A stretch of 64,000 bases of DNA from a virus (Duplodnaviria; Heunggongvirae; Uroviricota; Caudoviricetes): IMG/VR virus record IMGVR_UViG_3300048091_000424. The stretch is one strand, 5' to 3'. Position numbers and translations under genes: made by a program. The notes beneath the pieces are model-generated. The model made no database searches. It saw only the letters and a list, made by a program, of their open reading frames with translations, and had not been told where the DNA came from. This document shows, piece by piece, positions 42,873-52,681 of this stretch (position 1 is the first letter of the stretch; each line of letters opens with the position of its first letter).

Positions 42873-44021
42873 TTACGCCACGCCCACGGCTTCACTCACT
42901 CCCGCCGTCGGCAACATTACCGCTTTCGACCACGAGAACAATCGGCGTCCGATCTGAGGCGTCGGCAACTCGCCAATGCTCTGACCTTTAGACGCGTGCA
43001 GCTTCAACCACAGCCACGGCAGGTTAACCCCGCACAGCAGACTAAGGCCCAGGCCATCACTGAAGCGTGGGCTGGCGCTGAGCACCTTACAGCGACCCTC
43101 GCTGTCGAGCTTGAATTTGGCGTTGAACAAACCGGAAAATCCAAATTCACGGACGATTATTTGCAGCTGACGGCGCAGCTCCGGGTTGTCGACAATTAAC
43201 TCACCCTCCTCCTCGCCTTCCGGTTTCTGGCGAGCGACGTAGGTCACCAGCTGACCTTTCCACGCCAGGCAATCCACGGAGAATTCTTGGCCAGGCAGGT
43301 ACTCCATCACGATCCAGTTATTGGCGGCGCCGGCTTTGATCGAAGCCTGGTGCGCCAGCAAACCGAAATCAGGGAAGCGCATGACCTTGTTCTCGGGAAA
43401 GAACAGTTGCTGGTGTGGATCAGGGTGGTCGTCGAAACGGTAGAACGCTTTGCCGAGTAGCCGATTGGACGGTTTTGCGCACACGGCTTTAAGTTCGTCC
43501 GGAACAGCCACCATGCGTGTTTTGATGGTCGCCACGCTGTCATTCAACTGGGTCTCATAGTCGTCGTTCCAGATCAGCCAGGCCGGCACCATGTCGCCAT
43601 AGTAGGCCTGCTCAAGCCGGTGGTAGAACTCAGCCTTAACGTCGAGCACCGCCAGTTCCTTTGGCGAGCAGCTGTACAGCAACTCCACGCCGATGGCCCG
43701 GAAGTCTTCACGGCGCTCGATCATCGCTGCATAGAAACGACTGACGACGATACAGTCGATGCCATGCTCGGCGGCATAGCCCAGGGCCCAGTCAGTGTAA
43801 TCCTGCGCCGAAATGCTCGAAGCTTCGACCGCGACCTGGTCAGCCAGGGTGAAACCGATGAAGTTCGGATTGTGGTGCGTCACATGGATTTGTTGCAGAA
43901 TACGCTCGCTTTCATGGAGCATCGACTCATGTTGCTTGATGGACTGAATGGCTTCGGCGATCACTGCCATTCCGTCGTTGAACCAGACCTTGAGCTTCAC
44001 GTACACCACACCCTGAGCCAT
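42873..44021 (-). CDS. ATP-grasp enzyme (382 aa)
   Basis: WIVMEYLPGQEFSVDCLAWKG...VARQK...GLFNAKFKLD...KVLSASPRFSDG follows the ATP-grasp_4/CPSase-like pattern. Confidence 0.65.
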   Translation of the reverse strand: MAQGVVYVKLKVWFNDGMAVIAEAIQSIKQHESMLHESERILQQIHVTHHNPNFIGFTLADQVAVEASSISAQDYTDWALGYAAEHGIDCIVVSRFYAAMIERREDFRAIGVELLYSCSPKELAVLDVKAEFYHRLEQAYYGDMVPAWLIWNDDYETQLNDSVATIKTRMVAVPDELKAVCAKPSNRLLGKAFYRFDDHPDPHQQLFFPENKVMRFPDFGLLAHQASIKAGAANNWIVMEYLPGQEFSVDCLAWKGQLVTYVARQKPEGEEEGELIVDNPELRRQLQIIVREFGFSGLFNAKFKLDSEGRCKVLSASPRFSDGLGLSLLCGVNLPWLWLKLHASKGQSIGELPTPQIGRRLFSWSKAVMLPTAGVSEAVGVA

Positions 44022-44108
44022 AAAATATGGGCGGATGGTACGTAGCAGATTGATAAACTGTCAATATATACGTATTGTTTCAAGGGGTTAAACACACCTC
44101 ATTCATGC

Positions 44109-44792
44109 ATGGAGAAGGCGGTGAACAAGGCTTGCAGCGTCAGCAAAATAAAGACAGCGACATTGTCATTTACCGCATCACCCCCTGTGGGGATGTCCGT
44201 GTGCACAGAAAGCCAGGAAGAATACCGTCAGCGCCTGAACACCATCATCAAATGGGAAGTGGCCCAGTATTTCGATACCGGCAAGAAAGAACCGGCAAAC
44301 TGGGGACAGTTTAGCCTCCAGCGCAGCATGGTATTTCCCGTCCACAAAGGAACCACCGCCTACTCCTATCAGGGAAAAGGCCTAATCCACGCCTATGATC
44401 TGAGCATGCTCAAGCCGGCGTTGATGAAAACCAAGGGAAAGAAGCTGAAGGATTATCAGGAGGCTGTAGACCGATTCACTCGCGTCGTAAGCACTCTATC
44501 CGTCAATGACCTTCATGAGCTGAAGATCCACTACCAGGGTGACCTGACGCTCGCACTCAGAGTGAAAGACAGGCAACTCCATTGGATTACCGGGGAAGAA
44601 ACCCACGAGACCCTCACCTTCCAGGACTCGGAAACCGCTGAAGGCCTGATGACCGCGTTGGAGCAATACGGGGAAACTGGCGAGATCGATGATGCCTACA
44701 CGATGTTCATGCTAACGCCATTCGATCTGCACAAATCGGAGATGAACCTCAATCAGAGGGGCCGACTGTTCGCCATCGATCTTGGGCTTTGA
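44109..44792 (+). CDS. FxxDLGL-tail family protein (227 aa)
   Basis: Ends RGRLFAIDLGL; start uncertain. Confidence 0.65.
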   Translation: MEKAVNKACSVSKIKTATLSFTASPPVGMSVCTESQEEYRQRLNTIIKWEVAQYFDTGKKEPANWGQFSLQRSMVFPVHKGTTAYSYQGKGLIHAYDLSMLKPALMKTKGKKLKDYQEAVDRFTRVVSTLSVNDLHELKIHYQGDLTLALRVKDRQLHWITGEETHETLTFQDSETAEGLMTALEQYGETGEIDDAYTMFMLTPFDLHKSEMNLNQRGRLFAIDLGL

Positions 44793-44853
44793 ATCGTCTC
44801 AGGAAATTGTGGTGTATTCCAAGTTGACGTGTACCAAATGACAATACATGTAA

Positions 44854-44882
44854 TTGACTCTTTCTTGCTGTCACTTTAATAT
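44854..44882 (+). promoter_or_regulatory. Sigma70-like promoter TTGACT-N17-TAATAT
   Basis: Hexamers and spacing read directly; 29 nt upstream of ATG 44911. Confidence 0.6.
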
Positions 44883-44910
44883 CACTCACATAACTCCAGG
44901 AGTGTTAGTG

Positions 44911-46038
44911 ATGGATGCGGATTTTCTAAAGGCGATAGAAGCCGAGCGGGCCAAACAAGAAAGTTTCCAAAATGCTGTCGCAGCGGAAGCGGCCAAGCAG
45001 CAAAAAGTGGTCAATGGCAAGCTGCTCAACTACCGCTCAATCTGGTTCATGTTTATGGTGCTGGTGTTTGCGCCAGCCTGGTTCCTGGCTTCCAGTGTTG
45101 AGGGCATTTCCTTCGGCCTTGCCGTCGATGTCGTGCACGCCGGGCTTGAGGGCCTGTACTTCCCCGGCTGGCTCGCCAGCCTGGTCAGCTACCCTGTGAC
45201 CGCGATGGCAACCCTGATTCCAGGATCGAGCAGGTCGGCCTATTGGGCCGTGTACATGGTCTTTTCATCCTTCAGCGTGGTCATCTTTTTTGTGTATTTC
45301 ATGCTGGTTGAGCCCCCGAACTACCGGAGGATGAAGTTCGAGGCCGACCCGCTGTGGGAAGAGAAACTTCTCGTCAAGTACCCGGTTCCCAGTAAACTGA
45401 GACCGGTTTCTTTCAGCAGCATGATCGTCTTCCTGATCCTCTCTTCGCTGTTCGGGGAAGTGGTGTCCGGCTACAACCGAGATCCGCTGGCTGACACTTA
45501 TGTTGGCTCCATCTACCTCATCGACAAGAATCGCAACGAGACGCCACTCCGGGCCACCATCAAACTGGACATGATCGATCCTGGCTACATCTACGATAGA
45601 AAGCCCGGTGTGAATACTCGCAGCTGGCACATCGAATTCAGCGGTGAAGACCTGCCCATGCTGAAATCCATCGGGATCGATGAAAAGTTCTTCAAAGGTA
45701 ATGTCGACTTCGATGGCTATGGCAGCGTGGTCTGCTCTGCGAGTATCGGTACCGCGCAGTATTACGTGCCAAGCTTCCTGGGCGGGACGATCTTGCTGAT
45801 CCGCAATCACTATGTGAATGCTCCGGACAGATACTCCGACTACAAGTGCCCGGAAAACATGCACTTCGGCCTTGAAAACTTGAACCAGGGTCATTTCGCC
45901 ATCGCGGACATTTCAAAGAAATACATCATTGCCGCGAAAATCGAGCGCGATTCCCGGTTTAGCTGGATCCAGCGCAAAATTATGGAATATCGCTATCAGA
46001 AGATCGGCACGAACTTCTTTGACCGAAGGAACCGATAA
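44911..46038 (+). CDS. Membrane protein; C-terminal domain paralogous to 61623..62288
   Basis: AGGAG RBS; several TM helices; ERDSRFSWIQRKIMEYRY matches ERDSRVSFIQRMVMRMRF. Confidence 0.65.
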   Translation: MDADFLKAIEAERAKQESFQNAVAAEAAKQQKVVNGKLLNYRSIWFMFMVLVFAPAWFLASSVEGISFGLAVDVVHAGLEGLYFPGWLASLVSYPVTAMATLIPGSSRSAYWAVYMVFSSFSVVIFFVYFMLVEPPNYRRMKFEADPLWEEKLLVKYPVPSKLRPVSFSSMIVFLILSSLFGEVVSGYNRDPLADTYVGSIYLIDKNRNETPLRATIKLDMIDPGYIYDRKPGVNTRSWHIEFSGEDLPMLKSIGIDEKFFKGNVDFDGYGSVVCSASIGTAQYYVPSFLGGTILLIRNHYVNAPDRYSDYKCPENMHFGLENLNQGHFAIADISKKYIIAAKIERDSRFSWIQRKIMEYRYQKIGTNFFDRRNR

Positions 46039-46056
46039 GCCTTCCTGATTGATGCG

Positions 46057-46086
46057 AAAAGCCCGCTTCGATGCGGGCTTTTTTTA
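46057..46086. terminator. Bidirectional rho-independent terminator
   Basis: AAAA-GCCCGC-ttcgat-GCGGGC-TTTTTTT. Confidence 0.85.
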
Positions 46087-46125
46087 TGCGTGTTTGGGTG
46101 GTTGAATCCTAGAAATTTGTGCCAG

Positions 46126-46350
46126 CTACTTTGGCTTTTTACCGCTCTTGTGCACCAGGCGCTCGCTAATTTCGGTCGTCGAGTAGACCGTGGCGAAGTC
46201 AGCATCCCAGTGATTCGAGCAGTCGAAGTGGCCCTGGCCCTTCAGGCCGCTGGCATCGACCAACCCTTCGTACCAAAATCCGATCATCCACTCCTCCGAG
46301 CCTTCCGGGCGGATCCAGTAATATCCGGAATCACGCACATTGTCAGTCAT
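46126..46350 (-). CDS. Small hypothetical protein (74 aa)
   Basis: ORF overlapping the upstream gene by 8 nt. Confidence 0.5.
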   Translation of the reverse strand: MTDNVRDSGYYWIRPEGSEEWMIGFWYEGLVDASGLKGQGHFDCSNHWDADFATVYSTTEISERLVHKSGKKPK

Positions 46351-46567
46351 TGGCCGCCACCTTTTCGCGCTCTACCTGGGCGAGGTAAGCAGTAAAACCT
46401 TTAATTTTCTCTTCAACCCAGCTGTCTGGCGTCTCAGCATCCAGAGATCCGCCGTTGGTGAAGTACCAGTCGGCGTATTCCCAGCCGGCGAGATAGTCTT
46501 CTGTGCAGTCTGCCGGGGGCGATTTCTGAAGCTGGTGTAGAGGCAGCGTCTTGGCAGCGTTAGACAT
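46343..46567 (-). CDS. Small hypothetical protein (74 aa)
   Basis: ORF; W/Y/E-rich. Confidence 0.5.
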   Translation of the reverse strand: MSNAAKTLPLHQLQKSPPADCTEDYLAGWEYADWYFTNGGSLDAETPDSWVEEKIKGFTAYLAQVEREKVAAND

Positions 46568-46655
46568 GGCGAAATCCCTTTGTGTCGTTCGGTGCAGATG
46601 AATGCACAGACTGTATGCCTCTAGAGGTTAATCGTCAAGGGAGTACCAAGAAATG

Positions 46656-47963
46656 CTATAGCTCGGGTGCGCTAGGATCGAGTGTGGTTTTTCCGAACTC
46701 GACCCATTTGACTTTGGAGACACCTTTCAGCGCCACCTCATCATCCGGAAAACCATCAACCGCAGTTAGGCCGGACACCTCAAAAGGAAAGAGGCCAGCA
46801 CAAGGCGCCACGCCCTTATACGGGTCGTGCGGGTCTCGCCAGTAAACACCGGAGATGACCTCAGGGAATTTTTCCTTGGCCCATTCAATAATCGCAAATT
46901 CCACACCAATGATGTCGTGCGGACGAAAACCATGCCTGGCCAACAATTCAGAGGTACCCACCTGGATGCAGGCCTGCGACAGCGTTTTATCATCACCCTC
47001 CTCCATTTCGGCCTCAGCGTCCTCTCGGGTTTTGTAGCTGTAGCTTTGAACGCCATCCATCTCGTCGTCGTACCAACTGAGACTGAAAATCGTCCGAGGT
47101 TCCAGCAAACCCTGGGCAATCCCCCATTCGGTTATTTCTTGCTTCAGCGCTTCAGCAGTCGACGTCATGGGATCGAGGATCGAATACAAGTCTAGCAGCG
47201 TTGTGCTGTCTGCCTTGAGGTGGAGCTTCTTACCGCCGAATTTGGAGATACGCTGCCAAGCTTCAGGACAGGCAGACATGGAGAATAGATTCCCTTCGTA
47301 GCTTGTCCCTCGCTCGAACTTATGACTGGCGTCGAGGGATCCCCAGTGCCAGAGCGAAGCCACTTTGATTACTGGGATCTTAGATCCTCCGGGTATTGAA
47401 GCCACTGGAGAAGAAGACCCTGACGAGAGTGCCTGTCCAACTGAAATGAAGTTTTCCTGAATGAAGTCAGCAATGATCGAGAAGTCTTCAAGGGCGATCT
47501 CTGCAGACGATTCATCGCAGCCAGAGATGCCATACAACTCGTCCACTTCCATAAGCCTGGCACTGCATGGCTGACGTGTAATCCCGCTCCAGAACGCCAC
47601 CGCCGCCTCTATGGTGTGAACACCATTGGCATCAAGGATCAGTTGGGCTGCGCTGTTGTACAAGCCACTGTGCACCGGCATCCCAGCGTCATCGACAATG
47701 GCAATCACCGCTTCCTGGCTCAGCGCATCAGCCAGTCCGATGGTTAGGTCGTGGCACGAGCCATGCGCCAGCTCCATCACTGCGGACTCAATCGAGGCGT
47801 TTTTCTCGCTGTAAGTCTCGGAGAGCTTCGCGAAAGCTTGCGTGTCTTCGATGGGTAAATCGAACGCTTTCACCGCGCCGGCAAGAAACTTTTTGGCGAA
47901 ATCAATACCAGTACTCATTGCGGCCTCTTTCCACGGAAACTCAAGAAACGCCGGCAGAGCCAC
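46656..47963 (-). CDS. Hypothetical protein (435 aa)
   Basis: Long ORF with protein-like composition; no motif recognised. Confidence 0.6.
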   Translation of the reverse strand: MALPAFLEFPWKEAAMSTGIDFAKKFLAGAVKAFDLPIEDTQAFAKLSETYSEKNASIESAVMELAHGSCHDLTIGLADALSQEAVIAIVDDAGMPVHSGLYNSAAQLILDANGVHTIEAAVAFWSGITRQPCSARLMEVDELYGISGCDESSAEIALEDFSIIADFIQENFISVGQALSSGSSSPVASIPGGSKIPVIKVASLWHWGSLDASHKFERGTSYEGNLFSMSACPEAWQRISKFGGKKLHLKADSTTLLDLYSILDPMTSTAEALKQEITEWGIAQGLLEPRTIFSLSWYDDEMDGVQSYSYKTREDAEAEMEEGDDKTLSQACIQVGTSELLARHGFRPHDIIGVEFAIIEWAKEKFPEVISGVYWRDPHDPYKGVAPCAGLFPFEVSGLTAVDGFPDDEVALKGVSKVKWVEFGKTTLDPSAPEL

Positions 47964-48027
47964 TGCCTGCCGGCCATTTCTCTATGGTAACGAAGGAGCT
48001 CAACGAATGGCGAACAGCATAAACCGC

Positions 48028-48285
48028 TCAGTTGAATCGAATGACTTCTCCCCTGGTCAACTGCCGATGAGATTCCAGGGCGCCAGCATCGCTGCGTTTG
48101 GGATTATCAGGCTGGTAGTGCCGGGCCTTCTCTGGATCGTTCGTCCAGCAGAACGAATGACCATAGCCAGTGGCGTACGAACTACCTTTCAGGTACTTGC
48201 CACGCTTCTTGATGGTGTACAACGGTGCTTTTCTGTCCATTGCGTTCGACATGGTGGGCTCCAGATTATTTCGATCAAAAAGCAA
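48028..48285 (-). CDS. Small hypothetical protein (85 aa)
   Basis: ORF in the same orientation as its neighbours. Confidence 0.45.
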   Translation of the reverse strand: MLFDRNNLEPTMSNAMDRKAPLYTIKKRGKYLKGSSYATGYGHSFCWTNDPEKARHYQPDNPKRSDAGALESHRQLTRGEVIRFN

Positions 48286-48413
48286 TATGGCTCAGGTTTG
48301 CCAGAATGCAAGAAATGGCGAAGTTCGCAGTCAATTATTTAACAATATTGCCGGCCTAGTCTTTGGCCGGAATATCAGGAACAACAGGGCAAGGGCCTTG
48401 GCACCCTACCCCG

Positions 48414-49820
48414 TTAACGCCCTGGCCCGAAGTCAGTTTCCGGCTGCTCCTTGAGAAAGCGACTAACCGCATCGCGACGAGCTGTCCTCACCGCCGTCTT
48501 GGCAGCCTCCAGAATCAACGCCTTATCCGGTGTCCGGTTCCTTGCAATGGCCCGTGCCTCTTCCTTCGCCATGGTGGCCTGCATGATCGGGCCTGGCTTG
48601 ACCGAACTCACCGCTTCCATGGCGCTCAGCAGGTAAGCTCCCTGCAGATACGTTTCTGGCCTTTTGGTCGAACCATCCTTTTGACGAATACGTCGGCCAA
48701 AGTTATCCGCTGCGCACATCGTCGCCACATCCCCTAAAAAGGCCTTGTCGTGGCGCTGAATTCGATCAAGGTCAAGGCGCTCATATAGCGCCTGAAGGCC
48801 CTGGCGACCTGCTGACGAAATGCGGTGTACTTCTTGATGGGTCAACGCACATTTGTGCACAAAGTACTGGATTTCAGACGGCATCTTGATGCGGGCGGCC
48901 AGCGTGTCAAGAAGCCCCTCAAAACGTTCTACATTTTCGTGCCCATGGTGATGGCCACGAACGGAGCCGTCCGCGTACCACAGCAAATCGGCTGGTGTCT
49001 TGATCTTGCCCAGGTCATGGAGCAAAGCAGCCATGCGAATCCGCAGAGAGCTCGCCGTTGAATGGCCCGTCGTTAGCTTGGCCGCTTCATCGAGAACCAT
49101 CTTGGTATGGATCCAGACATCACCCTCGGCGTGGTAATCATCCCGCTGTGGAACGCCCTTCATCTGCTCCAGTTCAGGGAACAGGACTTTCAGCGCCCCA
49201 CAGGCATCCAGCACATCAAAATAGACGTGTGGGTTGGGTGTCAGCATCGCCTTCTCGGTTTCTTTCCAAATCCGTTCTGGCTTGATGTTGGGCTTGCCGC
49301 TCGGCGTCGTTGGATTGAGCATCCCTTTGGACGTCATCTCAGTCATCAGAGACATGGTCTCTGGCGCCACAGAGAAGTCGTACCTTGCCGCGAAGCGGGC
49401 TACGCGCAGAATGCGCAACGGATCCTCAGCAAAGCTCGGGCCGACATGCCGCAGCGTGCGATTTTGAAGGTCTTGTTGGCCGCCGTAGGGATCGAACACC
49501 GTTCCGTCATCCAGCTCGGCCATGGCGTTGATGGTGCAATCCCGGCGCCCAAGATCTTGCTCCAGCGTGATGCCTTCCCACTTGTACTTGAAGTCGTTGT
49601 AACCATCACCGGTGCTGATTTCCGAGCGGCCAAGGGCGTACTCGTCGCCGGTTTCTGGGTGCAGAAAGACCGGGAAATCCCCGCCCACCTGGGTAAAGCC
49701 GCGACTCAACATTGACTCCGGTGATTCGCCGATCACCACATAGTCGATATCCGTGGGCTCAAGGCCAAGCAGCCTATCCCGGACACAACCCCCCACTCTG
49801 TAGCACTTCTCAAATGTCAT
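48414..49820 (-). CDS. cca: CCA-adding tRNA nucleotidyltransferase with HD domain
   Basis: ATG 49820 after GGGAGGA; YRVGGCVRDRLLG...DIDYVV head motif; HD motif AALLHDLGK. Confidence 0.9.
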   Translation of the reverse strand: MTFEKCYRVGGCVRDRLLGLEPTDIDYVVIGESPESMLSRGFTQVGGDFPVFLHPETGDEYALGRSEISTGDGYNDFKYKWEGITLEQDLGRRDCTINAMAELDDGTVFDPYGGQQDLQNRTLRHVGPSFAEDPLRILRVARFAARYDFSVAPETMSLMTEMTSKGMLNPTTPSGKPNIKPERIWKETEKAMLTPNPHVYFDVLDACGALKVLFPELEQMKGVPQRDDYHAEGDVWIHTKMVLDEAAKLTTGHSTASSLRIRMAALLHDLGKIKTPADLLWYADGSVRGHHHGHENVERFEGLLDTLAARIKMPSEIQYFVHKCALTHQEVHRISSAGRQGLQALYERLDLDRIQRHDKAFLGDVATMCAADNFGRRIRQKDGSTKRPETYLQGAYLLSAMEAVSSVKPGPIMQATMAKEEARAIARNRTPDKALILEAAKTAVRTARRDAVSRFLKEQPETDFGPGR

Positions 49821-49930
49821 AGGCCTATATCCTCCCTGACGGGTACCAAGTGCGTGTGTCTTACGCACGCGCTCACATGTTAAATTCAAGTATGACTCAC
49901 GCCGCAACGGCAAAGAAGAGATTCTCGTGC

Positions 49931-51289
49931 ATGGACAACACCTTCCTCGGGCAATATTACCCAGCAGCCTCTGATCGTGAGCGCCGAGCCCTGGCCGAGA
50001 GGATCAGACACATCTCTGATGAAGATCGAGCCGCCCTGTTCAATGACCTGTCGAAAATGTCCGCTGATACCCTATTCTACTTCGTTGAGGGTATGACTCA
50101 GGCTCAGGCATTACCGCACCTGGTCACCATGGCTATCGAATCCAGGCCAACTTTAACGGGTTTCAACTACAACAACACCCTCTCCATGATCAACTTGGCG
50201 CTAAAAACCCCTTTCGACGAAAAATTCGACAAGGCCGCTGCCGTCTCGGGCGTTGCTAAGCTGATCAAAGGGTATGTGCACCGCACCAACATGAACCTCA
50301 TCGAAGGTATCTCAACGTCGCTGACGAAGGAATCGATAACCCTCTTGTCGGGTCATCACGAGATCGACGCGGCATTTGTTGAACACCTCGGGCGTGCATT
50401 AACTAAAAAACCAAGTTTCGCGCAGACCCAAAACATCATTTATGGCCTGCGTGATCTTGATATTCCACTCTCGTTCGCAACCTTCCTCGTTACGATCAAG
50501 GAGCCTGAGCAATACGCCATTCGTTCGAACCTCTTAAACGACTTTTACCACGGCAATGCCTTGACGCCCGCCTACATCAAAACCATTCGTGCCGAGTTGG
50601 GCGATGACGTTCTGATTAACCTGGCCAGGTTGAACATTAACGAAAAGAAAGCCGGCCTCACATCCTTCAACTGGATAGTGAGTGAATTGACAGAAGCGGT
50701 TGTGATCAACCAGGCCACCCTGGATCAGCAGCTTGCAGCTTCTATCAAGGCGAAAAAGGCCTGTGATTTTTTCAGCGACATTCTGGCGGGAACCAAAGGC
50801 TCTGGGATCTACGAACAATCTGCCACGTTTGTGTTGAACAACCTGGCTACCCTCATCAAGCACGAAAAACTGGCACCGAGTGAATCTTTTGCCTACTTTG
50901 CCAGGGATTCAAAACGGGGCCAGGAGCTGGTAAGCGTTTACCTGGACAAAATAGCGTCCATGATTTCGGGGCTGGATGATTTCCGCGATGTGAACCCTGA
51001 GCATCGCTTCGACGCTAAGGCCAATACCCAAGGCGCGGTGTTGAGCGAGGTGTTCAACATTCGCTATGAGCTGCCTGAAGCTCGGGACATCAAAACCTGG
51101 CGCAACGCAACCATCCGGGCTATCACCACCACTGGTGTGCTGGAGTTTGCCGAGAGCCTAGCCGACATCCATGAACCAGCTGCGATGGCGATCTACAAGG
51201 ACATGGGCACCGTAGCGAACCGAGATGAAATCCTGAAGAAGTTCATGAAGATTCGCCAGGTCGCGTTCTGTTCCGACTTAGGTATGTGA
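49931..51289 (+). CDS. FxxDLGL-tail family protein (variant ...AFCSDLGM)
   Basis: ATG 49931 gives MDNTFLGQYY, parallel to MQNTFLGENF of the next gene; collinear paralogues. Confidence 0.75.
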   Translation: MDNTFLGQYYPAASDRERRALAERIRHISDEDRAALFNDLSKMSADTLFYFVEGMTQAQALPHLVTMAIESRPTLTGFNYNNTLSMINLALKTPFDEKFDKAAAVSGVAKLIKGYVHRTNMNLIEGISTSLTKESITLLSGHHEIDAAFVEHLGRALTKKPSFAQTQNIIYGLRDLDIPLSFATFLVTIKEPEQYAIRSNLLNDFYHGNALTPAYIKTIRAELGDDVLINLARLNINEKKAGLTSFNWIVSELTEAVVINQATLDQQLAASIKAKKACDFFSDILAGTKGSGIYEQSATFVLNNLATLIKHEKLAPSESFAYFARDSKRGQELVSVYLDKIASMISGLDDFRDVNPEHRFDAKANTQGAVLSEVFNIRYELPEARDIKTWRNATIRAITTTGVLEFAESLADIHEPAAMAIYKDMGTVANRDEILKKFMKIRQVAFCSDLGM

Positions 51290-51320
51290 AACATCCCCCA
51301 ACCACGAAAGAGACGTAAGC

Positions 51321-52667
51321 ATGCAGAACACCTTCCTCGGGGAAAATTTCACTCTCCCAGCATTTTCAGAAAAGGCGCTGCTGGGAGAAAGAATCAAGAA
51401 TATGACCGCCGAAGAGCGGACTTACCTTGAAAATGACCTGGCGGCCATGAGTGCTGAAGCTGTGTATCACATCGTCTCCCAAATGGCTGTCGCCACCCGT
51501 CTGCCAAATCTGGCCAGTGCGGCTGTAGCCTCTCGCCCTGTGCCCACGGGTTTTTGCTTTAATCACACCTTGTCGATGCTCAATTACGTCCTGGTCAATC
51601 AGGATGAAGAGGAGTTTGACGCCGACCAAGCGCTCCTCGACGCCGCTAGCCTGATCAAAGGCTATCAGCACCGGACGAACATGAACCTGCTGGAAGAAGT
51701 TTCATCCCAGGTGACCAAAAAGTCGAAGGCGTTGATGGCCGGGAACGCAGGCATCGACGAAGCCTTTGTCGAACACCTTGGCCGAGCGCTGGAGAAAAGG
51801 TTAGTTTTCAGCAAAGCGGAAGGCATGATCGCCGGCCTATGTGAACTAAACCTTCCCCAGTCACTTAAATGCGTACTGGCTGCCTTCAAGGCGTCAGAGC
51901 ATGTGCACCTCCTCCATACAACACTCCAGGATTTGTACACAAAGGACGCGCTCAACCCGGCTTACATCGAAGTGGTGAGGTCTGTGTTGGGCGACCAGAG
52001 CTTGATCAGCCTGGCCAGGACGCACCTGAATGACAACTCTGGGCAGAAGTCTTTTGTTTGGCTACTGGAAGCATTTTCAGAGAAGACACTGCTCGATCAC
52101 CTTACCCTGGGTGATCATCTGGAATATTCGATCAAACTGAAGAAGCCCTGTTTCTTCTTCAACAGCATTCTGAGAGGGAACAAAGAGCTAGGTCTTCTCC
52201 AGAATACTGGGAACTTTGTGTTGGACAACCTCGCGGTTTTGGTCGCGAGCGAAGCATTTCCGCCTAGCGATAAGCTGGTCGAGTTTGCCATCGAGCAAGG
52301 ACGCGGCGCCGAATTGGTTAGTCTGTATCTGGACAATATTCGGGCACAGATCACTCGTATGGAGGATCGTGTTCACGCCGAAGATCGTTTCGATTCGATA
52401 GGCGCCACACCGGGCCAGGTGTTGAATGAAGTCCTCAAGAATCGCTATAGCATTGAGGCTCCGGAGATTACCCGGTGGCGTGATGCGACCATCCGAGCCG
52501 TCATCAAAATTGGCGTGCTGGAGTTTCAGACGGTACTGGCTGACATGAACGAGGAGCTGGCCACCACCCTTCACAAGCAAATTGGTAATGCGCCGAACCG
52601 TATGGAAATTCTGGAGAAGTGCCTCAAGATTCGGCAGGTCGCGTTCAGCCACGACCTGGGCTTGTAG
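51321..52667 (+). CDS. FxxDLGL-tail family protein (448 aa)
   Basis: Ends KIRQVAFSHDLGL; paralogue of 49931..51289. Confidence 0.75.
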   Translation: MQNTFLGENFTLPAFSEKALLGERIKNMTAEERTYLENDLAAMSAEAVYHIVSQMAVATRLPNLASAAVASRPVPTGFCFNHTLSMLNYVLVNQDEEEFDADQALLDAASLIKGYQHRTNMNLLEEVSSQVTKKSKALMAGNAGIDEAFVEHLGRALEKRLVFSKAEGMIAGLCELNLPQSLKCVLAAFKASEHVHLLHTTLQDLYTKDALNPAYIEVVRSVLGDQSLISLARTHLNDNSGQKSFVWLLEAFSEKTLLDHLTLGDHLEYSIKLKKPCFFFNSILRGNKELGLLQNTGNFVLDNLAVLVASEAFPPSDKLVEFAIEQGRGAELVSLYLDNIRAQITRMEDRVHAEDRFDSIGATPGQVLNEVLKNRYSIEAPEITRWRDATIRAVIKIGVLEFQTVLADMNEELATTLHKQIGNAPNRMEILEKCLKIRQVAFSHDLGL

Positions 52668-52681
52668 CGAGTCGCTGGCAG

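Noticed and set aside
46126-46567. Overlapping pair of 74-aa genes as a possible toxin-antitoxin module
   Set aside because: Neither protein shows a toxin or antitoxin motif I can recognise (no HTH, RHH, PIN, RelE or MazF features). Overlap alone is common throughout this window.
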